The notes under the pieces are model-generated. The model did not search any database and had not been told where the DNA came from. It was given only the letters and a program-made list of their open reading frames with translations. Position numbers and translations under genes: made by a program. This document shows positions 13,456 to 25,046 of a stretch of 64,000 bases of DNA, piece by piece (the first letter of the stretch is position 1; each line of letters opens with the position of its first letter). This DNA comes from Vicugna vicugna (lineage: Eukaryota), in the NCBI GenBank assembly GCA_013265495.1, contig MU058367.1:1-64000 (forward strand), in the 5' to 3' direction.

Positions 13456-13604
13456 TTAGGGCCATTTCTGTTCTTCGGGGACTTCTAAAATCGTGGACAG
13501 GCATGTGCGCAGACCCGTGGTAGATGGGCACTTGGCCTTGTACTGTCCTTGTGGATTTTTGAGAATGACTGCCACTGTCATTCTCATTGATTCACGGGGT
13601 TGTC
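13456..13604 (-). CDS. Probable last coding exon of the ARHGAP20-like gene
   Basis: acaacag|GA CAA..; QPRESMRMTVAVILKNPQGQYKAKCPSTTGLRTCLST aligns weakly with human RPLESKPVNILVYTKIPLRDHARAPSAMCTPSYLST; ends in TAA at 13456-13458. Confidence 0.65.
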
Positions 13605-13764
13605 CTGTTGTCAATGATGAATTCAAAACAGTTATCTTAGTAAAGCACATTCTCAGGTACTAGACTCAACTAAATTCCTGATAAAATAGATTTTCCTAAA
13701 GATTTCCTGAAAGCAGTGAGATAAATGTCTTAAAACCAAAAAATGTCAAAACTGCAAAGCGATT

Positions 13765-13890
13765 GGGAGAGGCTTATAGCTCAGTGGTTCAGTGCGTGCT
13801 TACTGCCCATGAGGTCCTGGGTTCAAGCCCTAGTACCTCCATTAACATAAAAAACAAACAAACAAATGTAATTACCTGCCCCCCCCAAAT
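13765..13890 (+). mobile_element. Vic-1-type camelid tRNA-derived SINE
   Basis: A box tagctcagtgg, B box ggttcaagccc, then acctccatt, an A-rich linker and aattacctgcccccccc. Confidence 0.88.
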
Positions 13891-14664
13891 TCAAAGAGTC
13901 TCATGACCTGTGTCCCCAGGTTCTGAATCTAATCTCATCCTTATGAAATGCACTGCTGCCAATTAGCTGATGACCTAGGCTCAGACAGTCCTAGCTCAGA
14001 ATTCTCAGAGGAACTTCTGCTGGCTCCAGCAATTGGTTTTTTACATATTTAGTTTACATCCATGATTGATTTTGGCAGTAGTCCTAAAATTTAGATGTTG
14101 TCTTTATTCCCATTTTAGAGATGAGGGAACTGAAAGCGAGCTAAAATAACTGGCCAGAGTTAACACAGCTGGTGAACAGGGGCCCAGGAGCTAGCATCTG
14201 GAAAGGTGGTTTCACATCAAACCAAGTCCTGTTTTTCCTCATTGATGCAGGTTCTTTTCAACCTGTTTCAAAGGCACTGGAAACCTGTGGTACCTTAGGT
14301 ACCATTAAGCAGGAAAACGGGATGGGGAACAAACAAGGCAGTGCTCTGGGCCCCTCACTCTAGTTTCAGCCTGAGCACATCTGATATATATGAGTCCCAT
14401 TTAAAGTTTTGTTTGGAAAAATTTCCAAACACTGTATTATACCGTGATATCTCCTGATGCTGTACTAGCAACTTCCTGAAGCCAGACCTGCCTGATCCTT
14501 TCTTTGGTCTCACGACAGTATGAAACCCACCCTGACCTGGAGCAGATGGAAATCATTGCTCTTGGGATGTAATCTGGGCTCCAGAACTGCACTGTGTGAG
14601 CGTCTCCCATGAGCCCTGGCAGCCTTGCTGCCTTTCTCACCAAAGCCAGTTACATGGTTCTCAC

Positions 14665-14797
14665 ACCCTGCAGCCTCCTCCCTGTCACTAGTGACGTCAC
14701 CTTCGTCAGGAATGACAGCGCGCTCTCCCCAGAGGGAAGGGACGTCTTCTCCCCAAAGCTGGAGGCAGTTTTCGAGGAGAAACTGTACCAGCGAAAT
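14665..14797 (-). CDS. ARHGAP20-like exon, end of RhoGAP domain
   Basis: gtttcag|ATT TCG..; ISLVQFLLENCLQLWGEDVPSLWGE vs human VSLLIQFLIENCLRIFGEEITSLFRE. The donor position is ambiguous within a few nt. Confidence 0.85.
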
Positions 14798-15978
14798 CTG
14801 AAACACATAAGGGCAAAACGGGGTGTTCTTTTCCATATGGCATAGTTACAAATCATTTCATATCTAACTCTTGCATCTAAACACTGTAAGAGAATTCTGA
14901 GAAAAATTCAGAGTTGATTAAAAAATGAGTCTACAAATCGGTTTTCTGTAAGAAATAGTGATACTTTCAAGAGTACTTTGGGTACAGATTTTAAAACTTT
15001 TAATCAGTGGGTTAAAATTATAATTTGTCGCCTCGTTCAATAGCTAACATTTTTGTAATGACGATTAGAACTTTAAAACTAGGACAATTTTCAAGTGACC
15101 CATGAAGGATGCTTGAGGTGAATCTATGTATTGTCTTACTAAGTTTCATTTGTTGTTGTTTGATTTTCTCCAGTTTTATTGAGATAAATTGGCATGTAAC
15201 ATCTTATGAAAATTAATAAAGCATCCAAAAGACAAAAACTTCAGAAATTTACTTCTGAAGTGAGGAAATATGTGAGAGTTGAGAAGCAGAGATTTCTGTG
15301 ATTTTTTCTTGTGAAGGAAGGAAGCAGTGGAGAGGAGGCGTGTCTGTCTGACTGCACTGCCTCATCTCATGCTGGCTGTCGGGTTGAGCTTGGGGCAGGG
15401 TTGTGATCTGATTAGGCCTGTTGTGGCTCTGTTCGGATGTTCTGGAATCTTTTACTAGCCCCCTCACCCTGCAGTGGGGGTGACATAGGAGCCGAGTGTC
15501 CTTGTGAGGGACCACAGCTGGCAGAGGAAGGCCAGTGTGTGAGGAGCTGTGGGTGCTCATGTTGCCCAAGCCACTGAGATGTCTTAGCAGTGAGCAGAGG
15601 AGCTGGGTGGTGTCGTCATTATGTGATGATGAAACCATGGGACCTTCGCCGTAGTTCACACTCCCTCAGTGATTAGGCTGAGAGTTGAACCTCGGCTGCC
15701 AACCCCAAAGCTTCTGTTCTGTCCCTTCATCCTACTCTTATCTCTCTGTGGTTGAGTGTCCTGGGTGGGAAAGCAGAAATGCCTCCACTGCTCTCAGTTT
15801 CCCACTTATCAACCCACCACCTCCCCTCACCCCACCAGGTCAGTGACTCTGCCCCTTCAGGGGAGCGTGTTTAAAATGTGCACTTGAAAAACCTGGTACA
15901 TCACGGTTAGTACCTCAGGTTTCAGGTTCAAAGTGGGGACCGTGCCTCACAAGGCATGAAAATGAGAGGTCTCATTAC

Positions 15979-16157
15979 CTTCTTTGTGAAATCCTCTTGT
16001 AATTGTGAGCCGGTGGCATTAGGTGGACCGAGACGCTTGGGGCTATACAGCGTGCTAAGTTATACGCCGTCATCTGGTTGAATGTGGAGTGTTGCTCAAT
16101 GTTGTGCAGCACTCCAAAAAGGTGTCTCAGGTGGCTCTTGGCAGCTGGTCCAAAAGC
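15979..16157 (-). CDS. ARHGAP20-like exon, RhoGAP domain (two frameshifts)
   Basis: cctgtag|G CTT..AAG AAG|gtaatg; LLDQLPRA/LRHLFGVLHNIEQHSTFNQMTAYNLARCIAPSV/PPNATGSQLQEDFTKK. 179 nt vs 190 expected (10-nt and 1-nt deletions); TGA at 16127-16129. Confidence 0.92.
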
Positions 16158-16662
16158 CTACAGGCAGAAAAATGCACTTTTAAACAAAGCATGTCATTTT
16201 GCTTAGGAAGTGGAAATACAGAAACAGAGTACGTGATGGTAAACCATGCCCCCAGTCCTCTCTCGCAGAGTTCTAAGCATGAATGCACGCAAAAATGTTT
16301 CATTGATTTCAGTTTCTGGACGAGATACTAACTTCTGTGGTTGATTAAGTGTTTGAAAAATTAAGATCATAACAGCGGCAGATTGGTTCTCTAGCATCTC
16401 TGTTTTGGCCGGTGGATTTCATCTGCAGCAGTTCCGTGTCTTCAGCAGGTGTTAACTGGTCATGGAGTCCATATTAATAAGGATAAAAACAAGAATTCAG
16501 TAACAGCAGGAGTGCCTGCATCTGTTTTTCAAGTGGCTTCTGTGGGTAGCAAATGCAGCCCTTCGACACTGGTCATTACTTTAGTAGACAAAGCTGTAAA
16601 GTATAAGCTGATGTTTTCCTAAGAAGATGTTGGTTGTATTCTCGGGGTGTGACCGTCATTAC

Positions 16663-16772
16663 CTCTGGGTTGCAGTTATTTTTCCCTCCGCATTCCCTTC
16701 ATCAAGGACGCTAAGCCATTTGTCATGGAGACTGGCTGTAAAAATACCGCCTTCTATATTTTGAAGATAATC
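16663..16772 (-). CDS. ARHGAP20-like exon, RhoGAP domain
   Basis: cggaag|GAT..CAG AG|gtaatg; 110 nt; DYLQNIEGGIFTASLHDKWLSVLDEGNAEGKITATQR vs human DFLRNIPGSIFSSDLYDHWVSVMDQGNDEEKINTVQR. Confidence 0.92.
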
Positions 16773-17709
16773 CTTCCGTAGATTAAATAAAAAAGATATA
16801 TATTATTATGATAAATACATATTGGAGAAATAACAGAAAACATTAAGTTGAAAAATTCCGTTCAGGCCTCACTTCCTTCACAACAGCCAGTGTGTGACCC
16901 GGGCAGAGCTGGCTGTGACTGCAGACTCGCACACCCAGGAGGAGGAGCTTGGACTCTCTCCATCTAAAATCAGAAGCATCACAGCAGAGTCTGGACGGCA
17001 GTGAGCGTGATGAGAAAGCCCCCCCCCACCAGCTGGGCCTTGCTCTCTGTGTCCGTGTCAGCACTAGTCCCAGCTGACAGGGTCTGGTGACCACCCACCC
17101 CGAATCCTGTGAGTGTCTGAGAAGCAACGTGCACACCCACGTTCCTTGTTGACTTCAGACAGTGCTTGCTCTTAATTCAAGGAAGAGCGGTTCTGAAATA
17201 GAACACACACCCCTCACACTCTTGCACACATATTACAAGAGAGCTGGGCTTTCTGACGCGAGGTGTGCCTGCTTCGAGGGGAAAAACTACTCATAATAGC
17301 TCAGTCTTCTTTTTGAAACGGTATAAAAGTTCAGTTTGCAGCCTTTTAAGCAGCAGGTGCTAAAAACATACCAAAATCCCCAGTGGATACCTGCATGTTC
17401 CCCCTTATAGTTCCTTGAATGGAACATATCCTCCCGAGTGTGTCACTTAAAATTTAGGTATATTGGAACTTCATACCTCTGAGTGTGAGGGCTAGAGGTA
17501 CACAAATGGAAGCTACCTAAGGGGGGGCCTGGAAAATGTGTCACTTTAGAGGGCTGATGAATAAATTTTTTTTGAATTATAGTCGGAGACAGTAAGTCAA
17601 TTTCTGTCCAATTTCTGGTGCACAAGCCTTAAATCATAGAAATGGGCCTACTAAAATTTATGAAGTAGTAATTTTTTCCCCCTGGTGAGCAAGGTGGTAA
17701 TTGTGCCTA

Positions 17710-17803
17710 TTTATGTATTTATTGATGGAGATTCTGGGGAGTGAACCCAGGACCTCATGCATGGTAAGCATTCACTCTACCACTGAGCTGTACCCTCCTC
17801 ACC
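17710..17803 (-). mobile_element. Vic-1-type SINE
   Basis: Reverse complement reads gagggtacagctcagtggtagagtgaatgcttaccatgcatgaggtcctgggttcactcccc. Confidence 0.85.
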
Positions 17804-19735
17804 CCTGAAGTTGTCATGTTTTGTGCCAGACTGGGGAAAGTTTTGCATCACCTTGCTAGTTTCAAAGGCACGCCGTGCTTCTGCTGGTCTCGCTCCACAG
17901 CCCAAGGCTTCTCTTAATAGGAGCTTGTTCAGAAAATGCCTGTAGGCAACTATGATGGTTATAATGCGGTCGGTGTTCATGTGCTCCAGTCCTTACTGAG
18001 CTGCCTTGTGTGCTAGGCTCTCTCCTGCGCACTGCCGACGGAGCAGTGACAGCAGGGGACAGGGTCTCTGTCTTCTCATCCGTGTACTGTGTTCTTGGTG
18101 TGCAGCACCCTCTCTTGTCATTAGGGTTTTCCTCCATGTTCCCTCTGGAGTGACCCCAGTGTATTTGGAGGGAGGAAGCGCTCCGGCTTTGGCTGGTTCC
18201 GGGAGTCTGGGAGGAGACAGCAGGGCCTGTGCCTCATGTGCACAAACTCCCTGCGCTGGGAGTACGTGTCTCCTCCTTCCTGAACCCTGTGCTGTGGTGC
18301 CCATGGGCGAGGCTGCGTGCGGTGAAGCCTGAACATGACTGAAGCAGATATGCCAAGGGTGTTGCTGTTGGACCTCTGTCTACAGACAGTTTAATGGCAA
18401 ACTCAGTGTGGTGCTGATAAATACTAATTTCTGGTTTAGACCAACTCTCTGGTTATTTGACACATGGTATTATGAAGGCCAAGTTTGCAAAGTCTGATTC
18501 CCCATGAAGAGCAGTCAACTTTAGGAAGCAAGAACTTTAGGAGTGTCCAAGACGTGTACCCACGAGTAGCCAGCCTTTGCTAGTCTGTGCTTATAATGGG
18601 AAATAGACAAGAGCCTCACTCTAACTAGATGATCACATTCATTCCATGTGCCCTTACATATGGCAACACTCATCTTGCTCTTTGCACACCTAGTGTGTAG
18701 TATGATGGTGCGAGTGTGGTCGGGGTCAGCTCTAAGTCATTTCTGAACTGTTGCTATTTATCCCACAATCAAATTATGATCCAGCATTAATAGGGGACAA
18801 GGAAAGACCACATGTAGTGGAGTTTCTAAGATAATTGTCATAACCTGTTTGTAGTCATTACTACATTGATAAACTTTTGTTTAGAGCTGCTAACAAATAC
18901 CAAGATGGATTGATTATATTCTTTTTCTGTTCTGCGATTCCCTTTGTAGAAATGTAGCTGGATACCTGACTTAGCTGGATCATTTCAAAATCAGTGTATT
19001 TCTTCTATACATTCATTGTATTTTCAGAGTTCAAAATTACCTTTGACTGCTGCACCCACTTTAAAAGGCAGGTTCATGAAATGAGGCATGTGGTAGGAGC
19101 TGGTTACCATGGAACTGTAACCACAGGTGGTGGGTTAAAGATGACAAACATGAACAAGGGAAGCCAAAGGTGGCAGAGGAGGGGAAAGGAGGCACACACG
19201 GTGCCAGCCTCCCTACACTAGCTTTCAAGTAAATGCATTAGGAGACGGGGGAAGGGAGGACGATGAAATGATCACAGATTTCGATGGCCTTTACTGAGCA
19301 TGTTTTGATTCATTGTAAAGTAGATGTTTACTTACTTGATAACTTACATAAATATTTTCAAAAGCTTAATGTGAATTTTGTTTTGGAGACTTTGGCTGCA
19401 TTAGGAAGGTGGTAAGGAAGTCCTCAAAGGCAGAAAGCTTGCTTTGGTACATTCTGTACAGGTGTGTGCTTTTTCATTTATTGTTTATTTTTGTATTTGC
19501 ATGGATTGTTCAGGAGTGAAGATGGGGAGAGGGTTGTGATGAAGAAGGAAAGTATACCTAACATGGGACTTGTAACACCCAAAGTAGCTTCCTTAAATTT
19601 TGACTCTGTGCAGTGTTTTCCAGTTTTTCAGATCCTTCATCTATGACACCTGTTCCTCTTGGGCAGTCATGATGAAGGACCCCCATAGAGCTTCAGAGTT
19701 CCTTTGTGTGCGGATAATGCTAGACATTTCCCTAC

Positions 19736-19897
19736 GTTTAAGACGGATGCCAGCACCAGAATGGACTCATTCTCCATGTTCACTGTGTCCCCAGAGTTCA
19801 GCTTTTCCTTCAGGACTCTGCATGATATTTTACTCGCAGATTTCTTGAAGATGCGTTTCGTGAGTGGCCCTTTTTGATTTAGAATGGAAAGCATCTC
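19736..19897 (-). CDS. ARHGAP20-like exon, RhoGAP domain (arginine-finger exon)
   Basis: 162 nt; EMLSILNQKGPLTKRIFKKSASKISCRVLKEKLNSGDTVNMENESILVLASVLN vs human DMLFFLNQKGPLTKGIFRQSANVKSCRELKEKLNSGVEVHLDCESIFVIASVLK. Donor gtaggg; the in-phase acceptor position reads AA. Confidence 0.93.
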
Positions 19898-21248
19898 TTA
19901 AAGGGAGGAAAAGAAACTACGTGGCATTTCATATCTCTCAGCCCACAGCACAGACTTCTCCTCTATTGGAGACACTTAGTGGGGGGGTGAGGGCCCAGTG
20001 CTGTAGCTGGAAGGACTAATGCCAATTTAGAATTTGTTTTCAGTGTCTCTACATGTATTTTCTACCCAGCAATCCATTTAACGTTCCTACGCTGTAACAT
20101 TTTAAACACTTGTTTCATCAGATTTTCCTTTTCAGTGAATGTACACTGTGATGTCACACGTCTCTGCATTGAGGCCTTTGCAGAATCACCCTCTCCTTCC
20201 CCGGTCCTGTCTCATTTTTCCCCGATACAGATGCTTTTCCCCAAGTATGGACATCTTTGCCGCATTCATTTTCTGTGTGTTTATCCCCCTTTCGGTGACC
20301 GTGTACCCCAGTTCTGCTCCCTGTGTTCCTCGCCTCTTTTAAATCGGGCTCAAACCCCTCTCCTCGCCTCTGGGTGCATCCCCTGCCCATCAGTCTTTCC
20401 TGTCCTTCTGCTGTGTGGCTTGCAGCACAGACCGGTGACAGGTGTTGGAGTCAAGGAATCTGGAATCTGTTGTGCTTTTTATCTGAACTTGGGCACAGGA
20501 CATACTTTACTGAGGACTTTTTACTCTTCCTTTTTGGGGATGATGATAATCACAGCTATTCTGTAAATTTGCTGCGAAAGATGCAAGGACTGGGGTGGCG
20601 GGTAACATGTAACTAATATGATACATTTCTTCATTTCTAGCGTGAAATTTCTGACATCTGGTGTAGTGCTCGGAGAAATAGTGGATGGTGAATAAACGTC
20701 AACCCTGACATTTCCGTATACGAATTGTGCAGAACACAAACCAAATTCTGTGACTTTCACTTGACACATTCTGTCAGGATTAAACAGTTCACATTTGCCG
20801 AAGAATGAGTCTTTTTTTGCTTAAACCCTCGGGTTGCAAATCAAACCTATGTAAGAGTTGAGTTGTGAGACTGAGTAGACTCAGATGGAGGAGGCTTGAG
20901 ACTAGTGTGCAGTTCAGTTCAAGGAAGGAGACAAAGGGGGATGGTGAGGGTGACGGGGACTCGCAGTTTCATACACGCAGGGCCCATTGTAATGGATCTG
21001 AGCAAGTGGATGTGGGTCTTTGCTGAAACCAGTGGAATGGACAAGAGTAGTTTCTCGTGCTGTATGTGCTTTCTGACTCTGCAGTATTGAAATCAGATTT
21101 TATTCTCTGAAGTAATATTAACAAAACTTCTCCGCCAAAAGCAGGGGCTGTCTAAAGGCTTCTCCACTTGGGGATGGGTTTGGGTGAGAACACATGACCT
21201 CTGATCACTACCCTTGTCAGGAGGGCTACAGATCTAAAGGAGACCAAC

Positions 21249-21418
21249 CAGAACTGGGGCAGGCAGCTTGTCCTCCTCGCACACGTCCCCCGGAGGAGCT
21301 CCAAAGAGCTGTGTTAGCTTTGCCGATGGCGGAGTTTGGCGCTGGTTGTCCTGCTGAGTGCTGGGGCGCCGCCAAAAGGCCCAGTTCCTCACAGAACTTC
21401 TGTTGGCTGTCTCGTGAC
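21249..21418 (-). CDS. ARHGAP20-like exon, RA-GAP linker and start of RhoGAP
   Basis: cattcag|GT CAC..GTT CTG|gttggt; 170 nt; GHETANRSSVRNWAFWRRPSTQQDN..QLFGAPPGDVCEEDKLPAPVL vs human GHKTFKRRRSIINWAFWRGSSTHLDN..QLFGISLPNICENDNLPKPVL. Confidence 0.9.
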
Positions 21419-22472
21419 CTGAATGCGATGAAGATGAGAGATTATTACTAGTAGTAGTTCAATTCATTGAAACTTATTCCCAGTATTTCCATTTTACAGC
21501 ACGTTTCTTGTCACGGCTAGAAGGGACCGAAACTGAGCCCCTTGTTGTATAGAATTTCCCACAGGCTGACATTGGCTAATTGGATTCTTGTGGTGTTCAT
21601 GTGTCCTTCTTCCCCGTGCCCTGCAAACTGCTAGTGAAGCCGAGAGGCTTGATCAGACTCCGGGGTGAGGGTCCCAGTGACAGCGCTTCCCGGACAGCGC
21701 TCTCTCCTGCCTCTTCCCTGCGTCGTGTGGGTCACTTAAGCTGTAGTTATACAAGGTTCCTGACAAGTATTGTCAGCGGATTCTAGTGTCAGATGTCACT
21801 GTAAAAGCTAAAAAGATTTGATATTCCCTAACAAGCAGTTAGGTCATCACCTACTTTCATAAGAGGTTTCTTCCCACTCTGAGATTTTCTGTTTGGCTTT
21901 CTGAGTAGCCAACGATGGTCAGCCTCCTCCCATCAAAAGGATCTGCCTTTTGTAACACAAGCTGCCTGACCCTAGAATCCTCGAGGCCACTTCAGGCTAA
22001 GGCCATAATAGAATCCAATTCAACTCCATGACTTTGCGCCACTGGGGTTCTTCCAAGGCAGCTGCGTGTAAGTCATACAGTCATCTGACCACCTCTTGTG
22101 AGGGTCGGAGATTCTGGACCAAACACTGGGATAAGTACAGTGTGTTCCCAGGCTGGAAGAAGCTCGTGTTTTATTAAGACATACAGTAGTGGACACACAC
22201 AGTTTTATGTAGGAAGAGCTCCTGGCACACAGAGAAGGACAGTCAGCCTGGAGGAATGGAAACAAACACAAAAACCCAACCTTCCTAGACATGAGTTGGG
22301 TCTTGATTTCAGACCTTTAGGGTTTCTCTGAGCTTGATCTTCTGTAGGTACTGGGTGCTCACCTGTACTGTGTCTGCACCCCCACATGGAGAAGCAGCTC
22401 TAGGCATGAGTTTGGTGTCAGGAGCAGAGATGTGAGCCAAGAGAAGACACCTGAGGAAGGGAAGGGGCTCAC

Positions 22473-22661
22473 CTCTCCGCTGCTGGCTCCTGGCTGGGTG
22501 CCTGGGCTTCAGGACGAATTGGCCTTGAATCTCTGGGGACCTCTTCTCCAAGAGGATGGCCTCCAGGAGGGCAGAAGGAGAGGTGGAGTCCTCCAGTCCC
22601 TGTGGCAGGAGCGCAGTAGCTGGAAGATGGCTGATTTTAATGCCGTGTGGATGTTCATGGC
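22473..22661 (-). CDS. ARHGAP20-like exon, RA domain C-terminal part
   Basis: ccacacag|GC CAT..AGA G|gtgagc; 189 nt; GHEHPHGIKISHLPATALLPQGLEDSTSPSALLEAILLEKRSPEIQGQFVLKP vs human GHEYPYGIKMSHLRDSALLTPGSKDSTTPFNLQEPFLMEQLPREMQCQFILKP. Confidence 0.93.
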
Positions 22662-24979
22662 CTGTGTGGAGATAAAGTAAATATAGATTCAGGCTGCTGG
22701 CGATGGGTGTGGTCAGACCCACCTTACCATGAGCGTGGGCACCACACTGATGTGGCTGCCGTTCTTGTAGGGGTTCTGGGCAAAGAGGTCTGTGCCTCCT
22801 GAATGAGCGTGAAGTGGGCTGACCTGAAGGACCCCCTGCAAAAGCAAGGTGCCGAAGCAAAAGAGTTTGAAAAGTAAAGAGAAAACTCTTCTCAGACACG
22901 GTGCTTTACTTGGAATGTGTAGCTGTGTCAGTGCATTGCACAGCGTTAACTTGCCCTGTGTTTCCCTCTGAGGGTGTTGATGGCCTCCTAGTTTCTCCCT
23001 TGACAGCCGCACTAGATCTGCACGTCTTAGGCAAGTTGCTGGCCTTACATCCCTGCTTTTAACTGCTTACCCCTACTTAGTCTCGTAAGGGCCAAACTAA
23101 TGCATCAATAATCATTGGTGCTTAATGTTCTTTACAAAATGGGACTGTGTGTGTTAGGGATTGCTGTGTTCTCTGTTGTCTCACGCATGTCAACTCAACA
23201 AACAGATTTTTCGTTTTGTCAGCTCAGTAGCCAGAGCTGCTCAACAGCAGCAGGGAGGTTTGTCTCTGAGTTTCCCTCCCACTGCTGCCTTCCCCTCAAG
23301 GGGTCCTGCCGGGGAAGGATTAGACATGAGGCTGCACGTTGTTGGAAACTCAAAAGCAAAGTGCAAGTCAGTGTTTACAGAATGGAGAACTTCCCAGTAA
23401 GTCACTGGGTGCTGCCAAGTGATTTGTTTTGCTTGTTCGTGCTTTAATTTCTTAGGCTCCATAGAATTCTCAAGGCCCCTGTGCATTGATGTGGATTTCA
23501 TTTTTAAAGAATAGAATGAATGTTCCTTGTCTTTGATTTCAGATTTATTATTGAATGTAACATGAGGAGCTCTTGCCTTTGCTTTTCATGTGGTGCAGAT
23601 GCAAGTTCAGTGCTCTGTTCAGAACAAAAGTCATAGTGACTTGCAACTGTTAATAGAAAGGAAGCTTCCGTGAGATCAATAAAATACAACCAACAGACCA
23701 GCATTGAGAATTCGGAGTGTGTACAAAAGGCCTGCGGAGTGACTGCTGAGGTGTCATCAGGAATGACAGGCTCTTAGGGATTCTTAGAGCAGCCGTGCTG
23801 TGCGAAGCCGTCCTCAGGCTGCAAGTTGGCATCTACATGATTCTATGTAATTAATGCCTTTTATTTAAATATACCTCAGTATTCAGTTTTTTTTTACTTT
23901 ATTGCTGACCAACATTTACAAAGATATCAACATTAAAAAGAATCATGAATAGTGGAGGGGGCTTTAGTCCTCAGCTATGTGCTTGGTGACCCCATATAGT
24001 CTAAGACTAGGAATGTACACTTCATAGGAAAAGCTTGGTTGTTTGGATTTTCCAGATCATTTGAAAATGTTCTTGAGATCACTAGAAAAAGAGTAATAGC
24101 CCCATAGGATTTTTAAATGCATTAAAAAAAAAAAGGAAGAAAGACACTGCTTGTAAGATGGAGGGCTCTAGGTTTTCTAGCAGGAGTCGCTGTTCCGTTA
24201 CTGTATTGCAGGGTCTGTTGCAGATCCTGCCCTTCCCCTTGTTTTAATCCCTCTATTTTCATGGACCACACTGCACAGATTTCCTGATCCAAGGATAGGT
24301 ATCATTATTTGAGCTCATTTGCTCTAGTAACTGTTTTAGGGGAAGTGTGATGTATTTATAAAAAGCTCAAGAGGAATGCTGGTCAAGTCAGCTGGAGAAA
24401 CGGCCAAGTGCAGGTGGTTCGGGCCATGAAGGCTTGAAGAGTCTGAGTGTGGTTATGTCATTTTTTTTTTCTGATGCTGAGAGAAGTTTTGGGCATGGAG
24501 CAGGTGTTAACTAAATACTGGATTCAGAGGCATGGCTGGATCTTAGAAGATTCTCATAAAGTAGAGGCTACTCAGTGGTTGGGAAGTGGAACAGAGAACT
24601 TGAAGACTGGAATATGGAAAATAATGTGTGAGGGAAAGATACTCCGATTTGTGTTGTTTCCTTGCCTATGTAATGAAGGAAGGAAATGAGTAGGTAAGTT
24701 AATAAAGTTTTCCAAGATAGCTCTGTTTGTCAAGGAAAATAGTGAAGAAAAATTCACTTTCTCTCTCCAACTAGACTATAAGCTGGAGAATGGAGAGATG
24801 TTAATATCCATGCTGGTAGAGCAAGTGCCTGGGGTTGTCAAGTAAATGTAGAATGAGTATCGCATGAGAGTTTCATTGTTGAGGGTATTTTAGCTTTAGA
24901 CTGATTAACTGTCACTTTGAGAGTTTAGGGTTACAGTTTTTTCTGCAATCAGCCCACCTTAGGTGTCCCTGACACTTAC

Positions 24980-25046
24980 CAGTGAGTGGGTATGAGGCCT
25001 TTTTCTTGCCAGCAGTCACCCACAGCTGGTAGTCTTTCTCAGAGCC
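24980..25046 (-). CDS. ARHGAP20-like exon, RA domain
   Basis: tctccaag|GGC..ACT G|gtaagt; 67 nt; GSEKDYQLWVTAGKKKASYPLT vs human GSERDYQLWVNSGKEEAPYPLI. Confidence 0.93.

Noticed and set aside
14443..14536. Possible 94-nt exon between the last GAP exon and the terminal exon
   Set aside because: The acceptor is plausible, but no stop-free reading frame gives compatible phases on both sides.
14691..14700. Perfect CRE palindrome GTGACGTCAC
   Set aside because: Lies within a RhoGAP coding exon; no promoter context.
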